The translations under genes and the position numbers were made by a program. From Snowella sp. (GTDB taxonomy: Bacteria > Cyanobacteriota > Cyanobacteriia > Cyanobacteriales > Microcystaceae), in contig JAYKGY010000150.1 of assembly GCA_035285545.1 (NCBI GenBank), positions 1-64,000 of the forward strand: DNA of 64,000 nt, read 5' to 3'. Each line of letters opens with the position of its first letter. Positions within the stretch are counted from its first letter, which is position 1. The notes beneath the pieces were generated by a model. The model was not told where the DNA came from, did not search any database, and worked only from the letters and a program-made list of their open reading frames with translations. Positions 29,421-39,721 of the stretch are shown here, piece by piece.

Positions 29421-30212
29421 TTAGGTTAAAGAATACTGGTAATTGTCCGCATTTTCATTTATTAAAGATAAGGTTTCAGACCCAGACGGAATAAAAGAAA
29501 CCTGCTGCTGCATTTTTTCCATTAACCATTTTTGGAATAGATCATTGCGTAGGCGTTGACGAACTTGATTGTCCAACTGAGCGGATAAATACTGTTCTAA
29601 CCGCACAATTACCCACCATTCTCCGATAAGAGTCGGCGGATAGACCTTACCCACGCTTCCGGTCATCAGCATTTGAGCGATTTGAGGATGGGGCACATTT
29701 AATTCAACGGGGCCAACTAAGCCGCCAGTTTGGGCCTCTCCCCCTTCTGAATACTGCCGAGCCAAATCCGCAAAACTACTTTCCTCTTCTTGAATCCGAA
29801 AATAGAGTTCCTGAGCAATTCCAGCTTCTTTGGTGCGAATCAATGAGTAAACCACGCGGTCTAATTGATTTTTACATTCCAAAAAGTAGGACTCTAGGTG
29901 ATCGTCCCATTCGGCTTGTTTGAATTTTTCCAGTTTTAAATCTCGAACAATGAATTGATTGAATTGCTCCTCGGTCATCCCATTGAGCTTAAGCCACGCC
30001 AAAAACTGTTCCTGACTACTAATTTGGGTTTGCTGAAAAAACTGCTCTTTAATGGCTTTTTCTTCTTCTGGCGTACATTCAATATTGGAGATCGCTTGAT
30101 CCACAATAATTTCCCTTGCCAATCGGGGTAACAATTGATATTGAGCAAGCAAAGGGTAAAGCTCATTCTCTTGAAAACTTTGTTGACCTACTTTCAACAC
30201 CGTTCTGGTCAT
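29421..30212 (-). CDS. Parvulin-type peptidylprolyl isomerase of the T1SS operon
   Basis: VVYSLIR, AQELYFRI, FADLARQYSEGGEAQTGGLVGP. Confidence 0.88.
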   Translation of the reverse strand: MTRTVLKVGQQSFQENELYPLLAQYQLLPRLAREIIVDQAISNIECTPEEEKAIKEQFFQQTQISSQEQFLAWLKLNGMTEEQFNQFIVRDLKLEKFKQAEWDDHLESYFLECKNQLDRVVYSLIRTKEAGIAQELYFRIQEEESSFADLARQYSEGGEAQTGGLVGPVELNVPHPQIAQMLMTGSVGKVYPPTLIGEWWVIVRLEQYLSAQLDNQVRQRLRNDLFQKWLMEKMQQQVSFIPSGSETLSLINENADNYQYSLT

Positions 30213-30511
30213 TCAATCCATCCCTTGATAATAAAACATTTTTTAAATGCTCTAATTTTAATCGTGATTTCGCTTTTTACGCTGGATTTGCTGTACATAC
30301 TTTAACAACTGGATCTTTTTCTGACTCCATCCGACCACTCCTATCCCTTACAAATAAATTTCAGACTCCTCATCTTACAAGCTTTTTAGAAAAATGACAT
30401 GTCTTTTTCCAGACAACTGATACATTTTGTAAAGTATTGTCACTAATTTCAATCGCCTACTGTTCAGCTTGGCTTTTTTACTCTCTTAAGGATGAGTTTG
30501 CTTAGAAAAGC

Positions 30512-30549
30512 AAAAGAAATCCCTCTTGAACATCTGAAGTTAGAGGGAT
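30512..30549 (-). terminator. Rho-independent terminator downstream of nhaS3
   Basis: On the minus strand, stem ATCCCTCT / AGAGGGAT followed by TTCTTTT. Confidence 0.65.
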
Positions 30550-30606
30550 ATAAGAATTCATCAACTTAATTAATGGATTACATCAGCTAGCCAACAATAA
30601 ATTCGA

Positions 30607-31995
30607 TTATTCGCTGACTTTTGAGTCACTGATACTGGCTTTGGGTTCTTTTTCTTTAAAAACAATCCGCAACCAAGGGGGAGCGATAAAGGTAGTTAAA
30701 ATGACCATCATAATAATGGCGACATCCGTAGCTTGATCTAAAGCCCCACTCGCTGCGCCAACGGCGGCAAACACTAAGCCCACTTCTCCCCGTGGAATCA
30801 TCCCGACACCAATGGCGAGTTTATTGAGACCTTCTTGGCCAAAGACCGTAAAGCCTGTAACAACCTTACCCACAATGGCGACCACAATTAAAAACGCAGC
30901 AATAATTAGCCCTTCTCGATTATTGGGATCAACGGGATTGAGGACGCTGAGGTTGGTTTTTGCCCCGACACAGACAAAAAAGATGGGGACAAAGAAATCG
31001 GCGATCGGTAAAATTTGTTCTTCTAAGTCTTTACGCTTCTCCGTCTCAGCAATAATTAAGCCCGCCGCAAAGGATCCTAAAATGGCTTCTAATTGAATCA
31101 CTTGAGCAATATAGGCCAAAACAAAAGCGATGCTCAGGGACACTAACAATAATTGCCCCCGTGTTTTCATGCGATTCACTAAACTGACATAAAAGGGACT
31201 CAAGAACCGTCCCAGCACAATTGCCCCAACCACAAAGGCCCCTGCACTAATGATTAAATAGATAACGCTACTGATTTGGATCTCACCCGTTTTGACTAGA
31301 CTGGCAACGACTGCTAGCACCACAATGCCTAAAATATCATCGAGAACTGCCGCCCCAATGATAATCTGCCCTTCATTGGAACTTAATTGATTAATTTCTG
31401 CCAGTACCTTGGCCGTAATCCCAATACTGGTCGCAGTTAAAGCGGCTCCTGCAAACACGGCGGGAATCGTTCCGATATGAAAGATAGAGACTAAACCGAC
31501 CGTTCCTAAGACAAAGGGGACAACCACCCCAACCACTGCAACCACTGCCGCCTGGGGGCCAACTCGAATCAATTCTTTGAGATCGGATTCCAGTCCAATT
31601 TCAAAGAGCAGAATAATAACCCCTAATTCCGATAGAACGGAGATAACCTCGCTTTGGACTTCAAAGACTGATTGGGCCGCTTGTTGGGATAACGGAGAGG
31701 TGTTCAATAAAAACTGGATTAACAAAGAATCACTAGCGACAATTCCCCCTTCTGGAAAGAGCAAGAGTTTGAAGGCAGAAATACCGATCACAACACCGCC
31801 TAATAACTCACCCAACACAGGGGGAAGATTCAGACGTAAGCAGACTTCTCCGCCTAATTTACTGGCAAAGTAAACAACAACTAAACTTAAGAGAACTCCC
31901 GCTAAGATGAGCGAACTGCTGGCTTCTTCGCCTTGATTCGCTGTTGCCAAAAGCGGCGATAGGGGAATTGGAACACTAGGGGCTAGTAAACTCAT
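30607..31995 (-). CDS. nhaS3: Na+/H+ antiporter (CPA2, NhaS3-like)
   Basis: PPVLGEL, LLFEIGLESD, ATSIGITAKVL, AAVLDD, GMIPRGEVGL; start placed at MSLLAP. Confidence 0.88.
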   Translation of the reverse strand: MSLLAPSVPIPLSPLLATANQGEEASSSLILAGVLLSLVVVYFASKLGGEVCLRLNLPPVLGELLGGVVIGISAFKLLLFPEGGIVASDSLLIQFLLNTSPLSQQAAQSVFEVQSEVISVLSELGVIILLFEIGLESDLKELIRVGPQAAVVAVVGVVVPFVLGTVGLVSIFHIGTIPAVFAGAALTATSIGITAKVLAEINQLSSNEGQIIIGAAVLDDILGIVVLAVVASLVKTGEIQISSVIYLIISAGAFVVGAIVLGRFLSPFYVSLVNRMKTRGQLLLVSLSIAFVLAYIAQVIQLEAILGSFAAGLIIAETEKRKDLEEQILPIADFFVPIFFVCVGAKTNLSVLNPVDPNNREGLIIAAFLIVVAIVGKVVTGFTVFGQEGLNKLAIGVGMIPRGEVGLVFAAVGAASGALDQATDVAIIMMVILTTFIAPPWLRIVFKEKEPKASISDSKVSE

Positions 31996-32441
31996 TTTTA
32001 AATAAAAATAATCAGTCACAATAACTTCACTTAATGTACAGTTTGAGGTTAACTTAAGTACAGCCAATGGAGATTAGCGCAAAAGTTTTCCAAGTTTATT
32101 AATGTTAAATTCCCTAAAATGACGAGATTAGTTCACTTTATGAGACTTTTTTGTTTTTTGCCATCTCAGTTTTAACCGTCAAGCACTCTCCGTTTTGTAA
32201 AATAGCCAAATTTGGAACCGAAGAAAGCAACAATAACAACAAATTTGTGAGTTGAATTTTTGGGATTCTCCCCAATGACCGTTGAGAAAATGTTCGGCGA
32301 TCGCGGATGGGATTAACCTTACTAACAAAGCTCACCGTTAGCCATTGTGCCTCTTAATTCTGAACTGTCGCTATAATGAGGAAATTTGTACGTAATCCCT
32401 CCGATAGAATCAACCATTGAATTCCTTTTCCCCCATTCGTA

Positions 32442-33620
32442 ATGCTCTCCGAAATTAAAGCGATCGCCGAAACCCTAGCTCCCCGATTAATTGAAATTCG
32501 TCGTCACCTCCACGCTCACCCCGAATTAAGTGGGCAGGAACACCAAACCGCGGCCTATGTAGCAGGAGTTTTGTCCTCCTCTGGGTTACACGTCGAAGAA
32601 GCGATCGGGAAAACAGGCATTATCGGAGAACTGAAAGGGAAAGGAGATGATGCGCGGCTACTGGCAATCCGTACCGATATGGATGCCCTACCCATTCAAG
32701 AAAAAACAGAATTAGATTTTGCGTCCCGTTGTCCAGGAATTATGCACGCCTGCGGTCATGATATTCATACAACCGTGGGACTGGGAACAGCGATGGTTCT
32801 ATCTCAGTTATCAGATAAGTTGCCTGGCAATCTTCGCTTTCTATTTCAACCGGCTGAAGAAATTGCCCAGGGAGCCAGTTGGATGATCCAAGACGGAGCC
32901 ATGCGGGATGTCAACGCTATTTTTGGGGTGCATGTCTTTCCCTCTATTCCTGCTCGAACGGTGGGAATTCGCTATGGCGCGTTAACTGCGGCGGCTGATG
33001 ATTTAGAGATTGTCATTAAAGGGGAATCCGGACACGGTGCCAGACCCCACGAAGCGATCGATGCGATTTGGATTGCGGCTCAAGTGATCACGAGTCTCCA
33101 ACAGGCCATCAGTCGAACCCAAAACCCCTTACGCCCCATTGTGCTAACCATTGGTCAACTCTCAGGGGGGCGTGCGCCGAATGTGATCGCAGATCAGGTA
33201 CGGATGGCGGGAACGGTGCGATCGCTACATCCCGAAACCCATGCCAATTTACCTGACTGGATCGAAGGAATTGTAGCCAATGTTTGTCAAACCTATGGCG
33301 CGAAGTATGAAATGAGCTATCGTCGAGGCGTTCCTTCGGTTCAAAATGATTTGCAATTAACGAAATTAGTCGAGGAAGCTTGTCGATTAGCCTGGGGAAA
33401 TGAGCAAGTCCAATTAATTCCTGAACCGTCCTTAGGGGCAGAAGATTTTTCCCTTTATCTAGAACACGCCCCAGGAACCATGTTTCGTTTAGGGGTTGGG
33501 TTTAGCGATAAGCCCAATCATCCGTTGCACCATCCCCAATTTGAAGCCGATGAAGCCGCGATCGTCACTGGTGTTGTGACGCTTGCCTATGCTTCTTATT
33601 TATATTGGCAACAATCCTAA
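32442..33620 (+). CDS. M20 family amidohydrolase
   Basis: RRHLHAHPELS, RTDMDALP, MHACGHD, FQPAEE, GAEDF, LHHP. Confidence 0.93.
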   Translation: MLSEIKAIAETLAPRLIEIRRHLHAHPELSGQEHQTAAYVAGVLSSSGLHVEEAIGKTGIIGELKGKGDDARLLAIRTDMDALPIQEKTELDFASRCPGIMHACGHDIHTTVGLGTAMVLSQLSDKLPGNLRFLFQPAEEIAQGASWMIQDGAMRDVNAIFGVHVFPSIPARTVGIRYGALTAAADDLEIVIKGESGHGARPHEAIDAIWIAAQVITSLQQAISRTQNPLRPIVLTIGQLSGGRAPNVIADQVRMAGTVRSLHPETHANLPDWIEGIVANVCQTYGAKYEMSYRRGVPSVQNDLQLTKLVEEACRLAWGNEQVQLIPEPSLGAEDFSLYLEHAPGTMFRLGVGFSDKPNHPLHHPQFEADEAAIVTGVVTLAYASYLYWQQS

Positions 33621-33623
33621 CCT

Positions 33624-33929
33624 TTAAGAAACTTTCGGTCGAGAGGCTTTCCAAATCCACCAGCCTGCTAAACAGAGGGTAATATTCCCTAAAACCGTTG
33701 TTGCTGCTTGAATGGTGACTAACCAATACAAATTTGTGGGATTATCGAAAAAATGCCAGGTACAGGCACACATGGCACTGATTAAGGCGGGTATCATTCC
33801 CCAGGACAAAGCCCGCCAATAATGATTTCCCGTTACTTCCCCATATTTCCACACCAAAGCGATCGCGGCGATCCATTCGATCACACTGGAAACATGAATT
33901 ATCCAAGTCGGAATTGAGAGGGCATTCAT
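33624..33929 (-). CDS. DUF2499 / Ycf49-like membrane protein
   Basis: ALSIPTWIIHVSSVIEW, ACTWHFFDN. Confidence 0.9.
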   Translation of the reverse strand: MNALSIPTWIIHVSSVIEWIAAIALVWKYGEVTGNHYWRALSWGMIPALISAMCACTWHFFDNPTNLYWLVTIQAATTVLGNITLCLAGWWIWKASRPKVS

Positions 33930-33974
33930 TCGGTTAGGGCTGATGACTAAAGAATTAACAGTTAATCCAACAAT

Positions 33975-35684
33975 CTATTTTTCTTGAGTCATTAACGCGG
34001 CTACGCTGGGTAAAGAAAACTCCCGAACCGCATTGATAGCCACATTAAATAATTGCTGAGGTTTAAACTCATCTTTAATTAAAACCCAAAGCCGTTGCAC
34101 TTCGGCCGTATGTAACCGATCATCTTCCGTTAAGGCTAACAACAATTGCCGTCTTAAATAACTTCCCTCATCGGAAAAGAGATATTGAAAGCCTAACTGA
34201 GCAGTCGGTAATAAATCAAATTGATTATCAGAACGCGCGATCGCGATCATATTTTCTAACCGTTGCCACTGAAACTTACCGTCTTTAAACAACACATTGA
34301 GCAATTGCCGACGCAGTTGGGGCGATTCTCCCGTTAATAACCGTCGGGAAACAAAGGGATAGGCAACTTCCACAATTTTAAAATTCGGGTCGAGGCTTAA
34401 CGCCAAACCTTCTTGGGTAACAAGGGAACGAATAATCAGCGCGAATTTAGCCGGAACTCGGAAAGGATACTGATACATTAATTCCGAAAATTCATCGGTA
34501 ATGGTTTTAAAATTAAAATCTTTAACACTTTGTCCGATCGCGTTACCTAGCACCTTTTCCAAAGCAGGAATAATGGGTTTAATATCCGTATCTTCAGCCA
34601 GAAAACCTAAACCGATAAAGTCATCGGCCAGGGCATTGTAATCCTGGTTAATCAGTTGAACAATGGAACTCGCCAGGGTCTCTTTGGTTTCGGTTTCCAA
34701 CTGATCCATCATGCCGAAATCAATATAAGCCATGCGTCCATCGAGAGTGGCAAATAAATTGCCTGGGTGCGGGTCAGCATGAAAAAAACCATGTTCCAAG
34801 AGTTGTCGTAAACCCGAAGTTACCCCAATACGGACAATATCATTGGGATCAATGCCTGCGGCTCGGATGCTGTCGGTATCGGTGAGTTTAAAACCTTTGA
34901 TCCATTCCAGCGTTAAAACCTTGCGATCGCTGTATTGCCAGTAAATGCTCGGAACCTTAACTTCCGGGTCATTGTGAAAATTTTCAGCAAATTTTTCCGC
35001 GTTATGGCCTTCATGTAAGTAATCAATCTCTTCAAATAATTTGATCCCAAACTCATCCACAATCAGGGTTAAATCATGACCTAAATTCAACGGTAACAAA
35101 CGGCCAAAATACCGCGCCCCTAACCGCATTAAATACAGATCTAAACTCAAAACCGAGCGTAAATGGGGACGTTGAACTTTAACCGCAACTTCTTCCCCCG
35201 TATGTAAGACGGCTCGATACACTTGCCCTAAACTCGCCGCAGCAACGGGATGGGGAGAAATTTCTCGATAGGCTTCATCCACTTTTAACCCTAATTCCTG
35301 TTCGATAATGCTAAATGCCAACTCATTATCGAAGGGCGGTAACTGGTCTTGCAGTTTAATTAGTTCTTCTAAAAAGTCTTTACGAATCAGGTCAGGACGG
35401 GTAGAAAGGGCTTGACCCACTTTAATAAAGGTAGGGCCTAAACGGGTCAAAATTTCGCGGAGTTCGCTTGCCCGTTTGTATTTATTTTCTTCAACGAGAT
35501 TGAGCCACTTATCCCACTGGAGATGAAACAGAAAAATTCCAAAAGACCAGAAGACAAAAACGGTTCGCCAAATGACTTGCCAAGGACGGGCACTATAGAA
35601 GCGGGCGATCGCGTCGGGATCGTAGTGAACAAATCCTTGGACATCCAAACTGGACTGGGAGGGGCGGGGTTGCTGTTGTTTCAC
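33975..35684 (-). CDS. ABC1/UbiB/AarF atypical kinase
   Basis: LGPTFIKVGQALSTRPD, AAASLGQVY, VAVKVQRP, FHADPHPGN, DFGMM. Confidence 0.95.
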   Translation of the reverse strand: MKQQQPRPSQSSLDVQGFVHYDPDAIARFYSARPWQVIWRTVFVFWSFGIFLFHLQWDKWLNLVEENKYKRASELREILTRLGPTFIKVGQALSTRPDLIRKDFLEELIKLQDQLPPFDNELAFSIIEQELGLKVDEAYREISPHPVAAASLGQVYRAVLHTGEEVAVKVQRPHLRSVLSLDLYLMRLGARYFGRLLPLNLGHDLTLIVDEFGIKLFEEIDYLHEGHNAEKFAENFHNDPEVKVPSIYWQYSDRKVLTLEWIKGFKLTDTDSIRAAGIDPNDIVRIGVTSGLRQLLEHGFFHADPHPGNLFATLDGRMAYIDFGMMDQLETETKETLASSIVQLINQDYNALADDFIGLGFLAEDTDIKPIIPALEKVLGNAIGQSVKDFNFKTITDEFSELMYQYPFRVPAKFALIIRSLVTQEGLALSLDPNFKIVEVAYPFVSRRLLTGESPQLRRQLLNVLFKDGKFQWQRLENMIAIARSDNQFDLLPTAQLGFQYLFSDEGSYLRRQLLLALTEDDRLHTAEVQRLWVLIKDEFKPQQLFNVAINAVREFSLPSVAALMTQEK

Positions 35685-35913
35685 TGGCTCAACTGGCTAT
35701 TTAAGCAAGGTAATATTAAATTTAGGTATAGAAAACTACATTTTTCTTAATATTCTAACCCAAGAAAACACCGATGAGTATAGTTGATGGGAGCAATTAC
35801 GAACGGGATTGTAACTATTTATTTACAATTGAACGAGAAAAGCGCGATCGCAACGACCAATTTTGGACGATCCCCGATGACGGTACAATAAAACCATCTT
35901 TGAGTTAAAATCT

Positions 35914-36564
35914 ATGGCTTCCCAACTCCGCGTTTATGTTCCCGATCATCCCCTCGTCAAGCATTGGTTAGCGATCGCCCGTGATGCTTCGACTCCTTCT
36001 GTTTTATTTAAAACTGCCATTACGGAACTGGGCCGCTGGTTAACTTACGAAGCCACCCGTTATTGGTTGCCGACGATTGAAACGACAGTGCAAACTCCCT
36101 TAGCAGAAGCCGCCGCCACCTTTATTAATCCTGAAGTTCCCATTGCAATGGTGCCCATTTTACGGGCAGGATTAGCCCTCCAAGAAGGGGCGCAAACGTT
36201 GTTACCTTTAGCGGCTACTTATCATTTGGGTTTAGCTCGTAACGAAGAGACCTTACAACCCAGTTGCTATTTAAATAAACTCCCTGAAAAATTTGAGCCT
36301 CAAACCCAAGTCGTCATTTTAGACCCGATGTTAGCGACGGGTGGATCGATGATGGCGGCCTTGGAAATGCTGACTCAACGGGGAGCAGACCCTGCTTTAA
36401 TGAGAATCGTGGCTGTTGTCGCTGCGCCACCGGCTTTGCAAAAAATCAGTGAACATTATCCGAGCTTGACGATTTACACCGCGATGATCGATGAACAGCT
36501 TAATGAACGCGGTTATATTGTTCCAGGGTTAGGCGATGCGGGCGATCGCGCTTTTGGGACGTAA
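35914..36564 (+). CDS. upp: Uracil phosphoribosyltransferase
   Basis: VPILRAG, DPMLATGGS, YIVPGLGDAGDRAFGT. Confidence 0.97.
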   Translation: MASQLRVYVPDHPLVKHWLAIARDASTPSVLFKTAITELGRWLTYEATRYWLPTIETTVQTPLAEAAATFINPEVPIAMVPILRAGLALQEGAQTLLPLAATYHLGLARNEETLQPSCYLNKLPEKFEPQTQVVILDPMLATGGSMMAALEMLTQRGADPALMRIVAVVAAPPALQKISEHYPSLTIYTAMIDEQLNERGYIVPGLGDAGDRAFGT

Positions 36565-36602
36565 AATTAATGAACAGGTTTTAATAAACAGGGGAGAAAA
36601 CC

Positions 36603-36905
36603 ATGAGCCAACGGGATAATTTTTTAGGGGGATTTTTCTTAGGCACCGTTATCGGTGGGGCTGTCGGTGGTGTTTTAGGGGTAGTTTTGGCCACTAGACG
36701 AACCAAGGCGTTAGAAACTCAGTCTGATGAAGTCTTAGAATCAGCTAATCAAAATGGAATTGTCGGTGCAGACAATATTGAAATCACCCGCCGTCGTCTC
36801 GAAGATAAGATTGCTCAACTGAATGGCGCGATCGATGATGTTCGTCACCAATTGGCCAGTGTGAATAATTTATCCATAGAAACCCAGGAAGATTCCCAAA
36901 ATTAA
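36603..36905 (+). CDS. Conserved cyanobacterial small protein (Gly-rich TM plus coiled coil)
   Basis: FLGGFFLGTVIGGAVGG and RRRLEDKIAQLNGAIDDVR. Confidence 0.8.
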   Translation: MSQRDNFLGGFFLGTVIGGAVGGVLGVVLATRRTKALETQSDEVLESANQNGIVGADNIEITRRRLEDKIAQLNGAIDDVRHQLASVNNLSIETQEDSQN

Positions 36906-37038
36906 CCGATTTAACGAGCTACAAGCCTGACGACTTTACCGATTTTGTACAGTTTGAATGGCGATCGCGGAGCCTAATTAAGGGTGCAAACCCTAAGCCC
37001 CTGAATAACCCAAAATCCTATCAGTTCTAATGATTGAC

Positions 37039-38856
37039 TTAAGCCTTACCTAACATTTGTAATTGGTACAAACTGGCATAAAGCCCTTTTTGATTGAGTA
37101 AAACATCATGGGTGCCTGATTCCACCATTTCCCCTTGTTTCAACACAAAAATCCTATCGACATTACGAATGGTAGAAAGACGGTGAGCAATAATAATGGC
37201 GGTTCGATTTTCTAATAAATGGAGCAATGCCTCTTGAATTAAGGCTTCCGTTCGGACATCTAAGCTGGAGGTTGCCTCATCTAACACCAAAACGTGGGGT
37301 TCTCGCACCGCAACCCTAGCAAAGGCTAACAATTGCTTTTGTCCGCCCGATAAATTGCTGCCCCGTTCCCGTAATTCGGTGTTATAGCCCTGGGGTAACT
37401 CTTCAATGAGCCGATCCACATTGGTTAACTTCGCTGCCCGTTGGATTTCGTCTAAGCTGTAATTTTCTCCAAGCGTAATATTGCGTTTTACATCCCCTGC
37501 AAAAAGAAAACTTTCCTGTAAAATAACCCCCACATATTGCCGTAATTGGGCTTGGGAAAGCTCGCGAATATCAATCCCATCGACTAAAATGCGCCCGCGA
37601 CTCGGTTCATACAAACGACACAGTAAGCGAATAATGGAACTTTTGCCCGCGCCGGTGGGCCCAACAAAGGCAATTTTTTCTCCGGGTTTAATGACAAAAT
37701 TCAAATTTTTTAAAACGTATTCATCTTTTTTGTAAGCAAACCAGACGTTTTCAAAACGGATTTCTCCCCGCAAACTCGGATCGCTATGGATATCCAAGGC
37801 TAGGACATTTTCCCTATCCCGAATTTCAATCGGTTCACTCATTAATTCCCCAATGCGTTCAATTGCGGTAAATCCTGCCTGAAACATGGTGAATTTATCG
37901 GCAAATTGTCTTAAAGGGTTAAATAATCGTTGTGCATAGAGAATAAAAGCCGCTAATGTCCCAAAATTTAAGCCTTGTTGTAAAACCAATAGCCCGCCTA
38001 ACCACAACACTCCCGCGATCGCGACTAAACTGATCCATTCTAGGGTAGCTGATACGGCCGAATCATGAAAAATCGTGCGGTCAACCTGCTGACGATATCG
38101 TAAATTAACCGTGCGAAATAGCTCTGCATTATACTTTTCTCGTCGGAATAATTGAACGACATTAATGCCGGTTACATTCTCCTGCAACATGGAATTTAAA
38201 CTCGAAAGTTCCTCTCGAACCTGATAATTTGCCTTCCGATATTCCTGTTGAAAATAAATAATTAAAGCCGTGACAGGAATTAACATTGCCACTAGCATTA
38301 GGGCTAACTGCCACTGTAGCGCAAAAATGGTAATAATAATGACTAAAATCGAGATAAAATCACTTAAAACCCCAATGGCACCACTGGCAAACACATCACC
38401 CAGTGCCTCGACATCATTCGTCATACGAGTAACTAAGCGACCAACAGGCGTTCGCTGGAAAAAGTTAACGGATAAAGATGTCACATGGACAAATAAATCT
38501 TCCCGCACATCAGCCGTAATTTCCTGACCCATTTTTTGGACTAAAAAACCTTGGATAGCCGCAAAAATTAGCCGAATAACAATCGTTACCAATAAAATCG
38601 TTACTAATAAATTAAGGGCATTGCTTAACGGTAAATTTTGTAAAAACCCCCACGTAGGTTCCTGTCGCAGTAAGGATACCGCTTGTCCAATAATTAACGG
38701 TTGAATGGCTCCTGCAAAGGCAACGGGAATTAATAAAAAAATAGAAAGGGTTAATAAACGGGGATAGCGGCAAGCATAGGGGAATAATTTCAACAATAAT
38801 CGCCAATCGTTTTCAGTTTTAGGATTCTTGGCAGGTTGGGCAGAAGCAGCAGACAT
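37039..38856 (-). CDS. ABC exporter, fused permease/ATPase (MdlB-like)
   Basis: PVGRLVTR, GPTGAGKSS, LSGGQKQ, LDEATSS. Confidence 0.93.
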   Translation of the reverse strand: MSAASAQPAKNPKTENDWRLLLKLFPYACRYPRLLTLSIFLLIPVAFAGAIQPLIIGQAVSLLRQEPTWGFLQNLPLSNALNLLVTILLVTIVIRLIFAAIQGFLVQKMGQEITADVREDLFVHVTSLSVNFFQRTPVGRLVTRMTNDVEALGDVFASGAIGVLSDFISILVIIITIFALQWQLALMLVAMLIPVTALIIYFQQEYRKANYQVREELSSLNSMLQENVTGINVVQLFRREKYNAELFRTVNLRYRQQVDRTIFHDSAVSATLEWISLVAIAGVLWLGGLLVLQQGLNFGTLAAFILYAQRLFNPLRQFADKFTMFQAGFTAIERIGELMSEPIEIRDRENVLALDIHSDPSLRGEIRFENVWFAYKKDEYVLKNLNFVIKPGEKIAFVGPTGAGKSSIIRLLCRLYEPSRGRILVDGIDIRELSQAQLRQYVGVILQESFLFAGDVKRNITLGENYSLDEIQRAAKLTNVDRLIEELPQGYNTELRERGSNLSGGQKQLLAFARVAVREPHVLVLDEATSSLDVRTEALIQEALLHLLENRTAIIIAHRLSTIRNVDRIFVLKQGEMVESGTHDVLLNQKGLYASLYQLQMLGKA

Positions 38857-39090
38857 AACCGTTTAATTAAGCGGGAAAAGGCTGAGAAAATTGGCCACTA
38901 GGACACAAGCCCCCATTGTAACGTTAATCTTGCGATCGCATTGGTTTGGGCATTATCCCTCTCTAGGAGCCATAAATCCCGTTAAGCATGAGTTTATCCT
39001 TGAAAGCAGGAACACAAGAACCGTAGCAGGGGACACTTTTTGATGGATAATCGGGGTAGAAAACTTAGTTAATCCAGTGGGTTCAATTTT

Positions 39091-39702
39091 ATGAAAGCTG
39101 CCGATATTATGAGCACCGCAGTGATCACCATTAAGGGAAGTGCAACGGTTGCGGAAGCGGTTAATTTAATGAAAAATAAAAACATCCGTTCTTTGATCGT
39201 AGAACGCCGCCATGAAGGAGATGCCTATGGAATTGTGACCGAAACCGATGTGATCTATAAAGTAGCCGCCTTTGGAACAGACCCCAAAACCGTTCGGGTA
39301 TACGAAATCATGACCAAACCCTGTATTGTGGTCAATCCTGAGCTAGAAGTCGAATACGTTGCTCGTCTCTTTGCCCAAACCCGAATTCGCCACGCGCCCG
39401 TCATTAAAGGCGGATTGTTAGGGATCATTTCCGTCAGCGACATCCTACATAAAAGCAATTTTGTCGAGCAGCCTAAATCCTTGCTTTTAGATGAAAATAT
39501 CCAAAAAGCCTTAGAAAATGCCAGGGCAATTTGTGCCCAGAAAGGGGCGAAATCCCGCGAATGTGCCGCCGCCTGGGATGTGGTGGAAGAACTCCAAGCC
39601 GAAGCCGCCCACCAACGGGCCCAAAAGTTAGAAAAAACTCACTTTGATGCCTATTGTGAAGAAAATCCCAGTGCCTTTGAAGCTAGGGTTTATGATACTT
39701 AA
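39091..39702 (+). CDS. CBS-CP12 fusion protein
   Basis: Tandem CBS pair followed by the CP12 core CAAAWDVVEEL and YCEENP...RVYD. Confidence 0.92.
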   Translation: MKAADIMSTAVITIKGSATVAEAVNLMKNKNIRSLIVERRHEGDAYGIVTETDVIYKVAAFGTDPKTVRVYEIMTKPCIVVNPELEVEYVARLFAQTRIRHAPVIKGGLLGIISVSDILHKSNFVEQPKSLLLDENIQKALENARAICAQKGAKSRECAAAWDVVEELQAEAAHQRAQKLEKTHFDAYCEENPSAFEARVYDT

Positions 39703-39721
39703 TTTTTAAATAACCTTTCCT

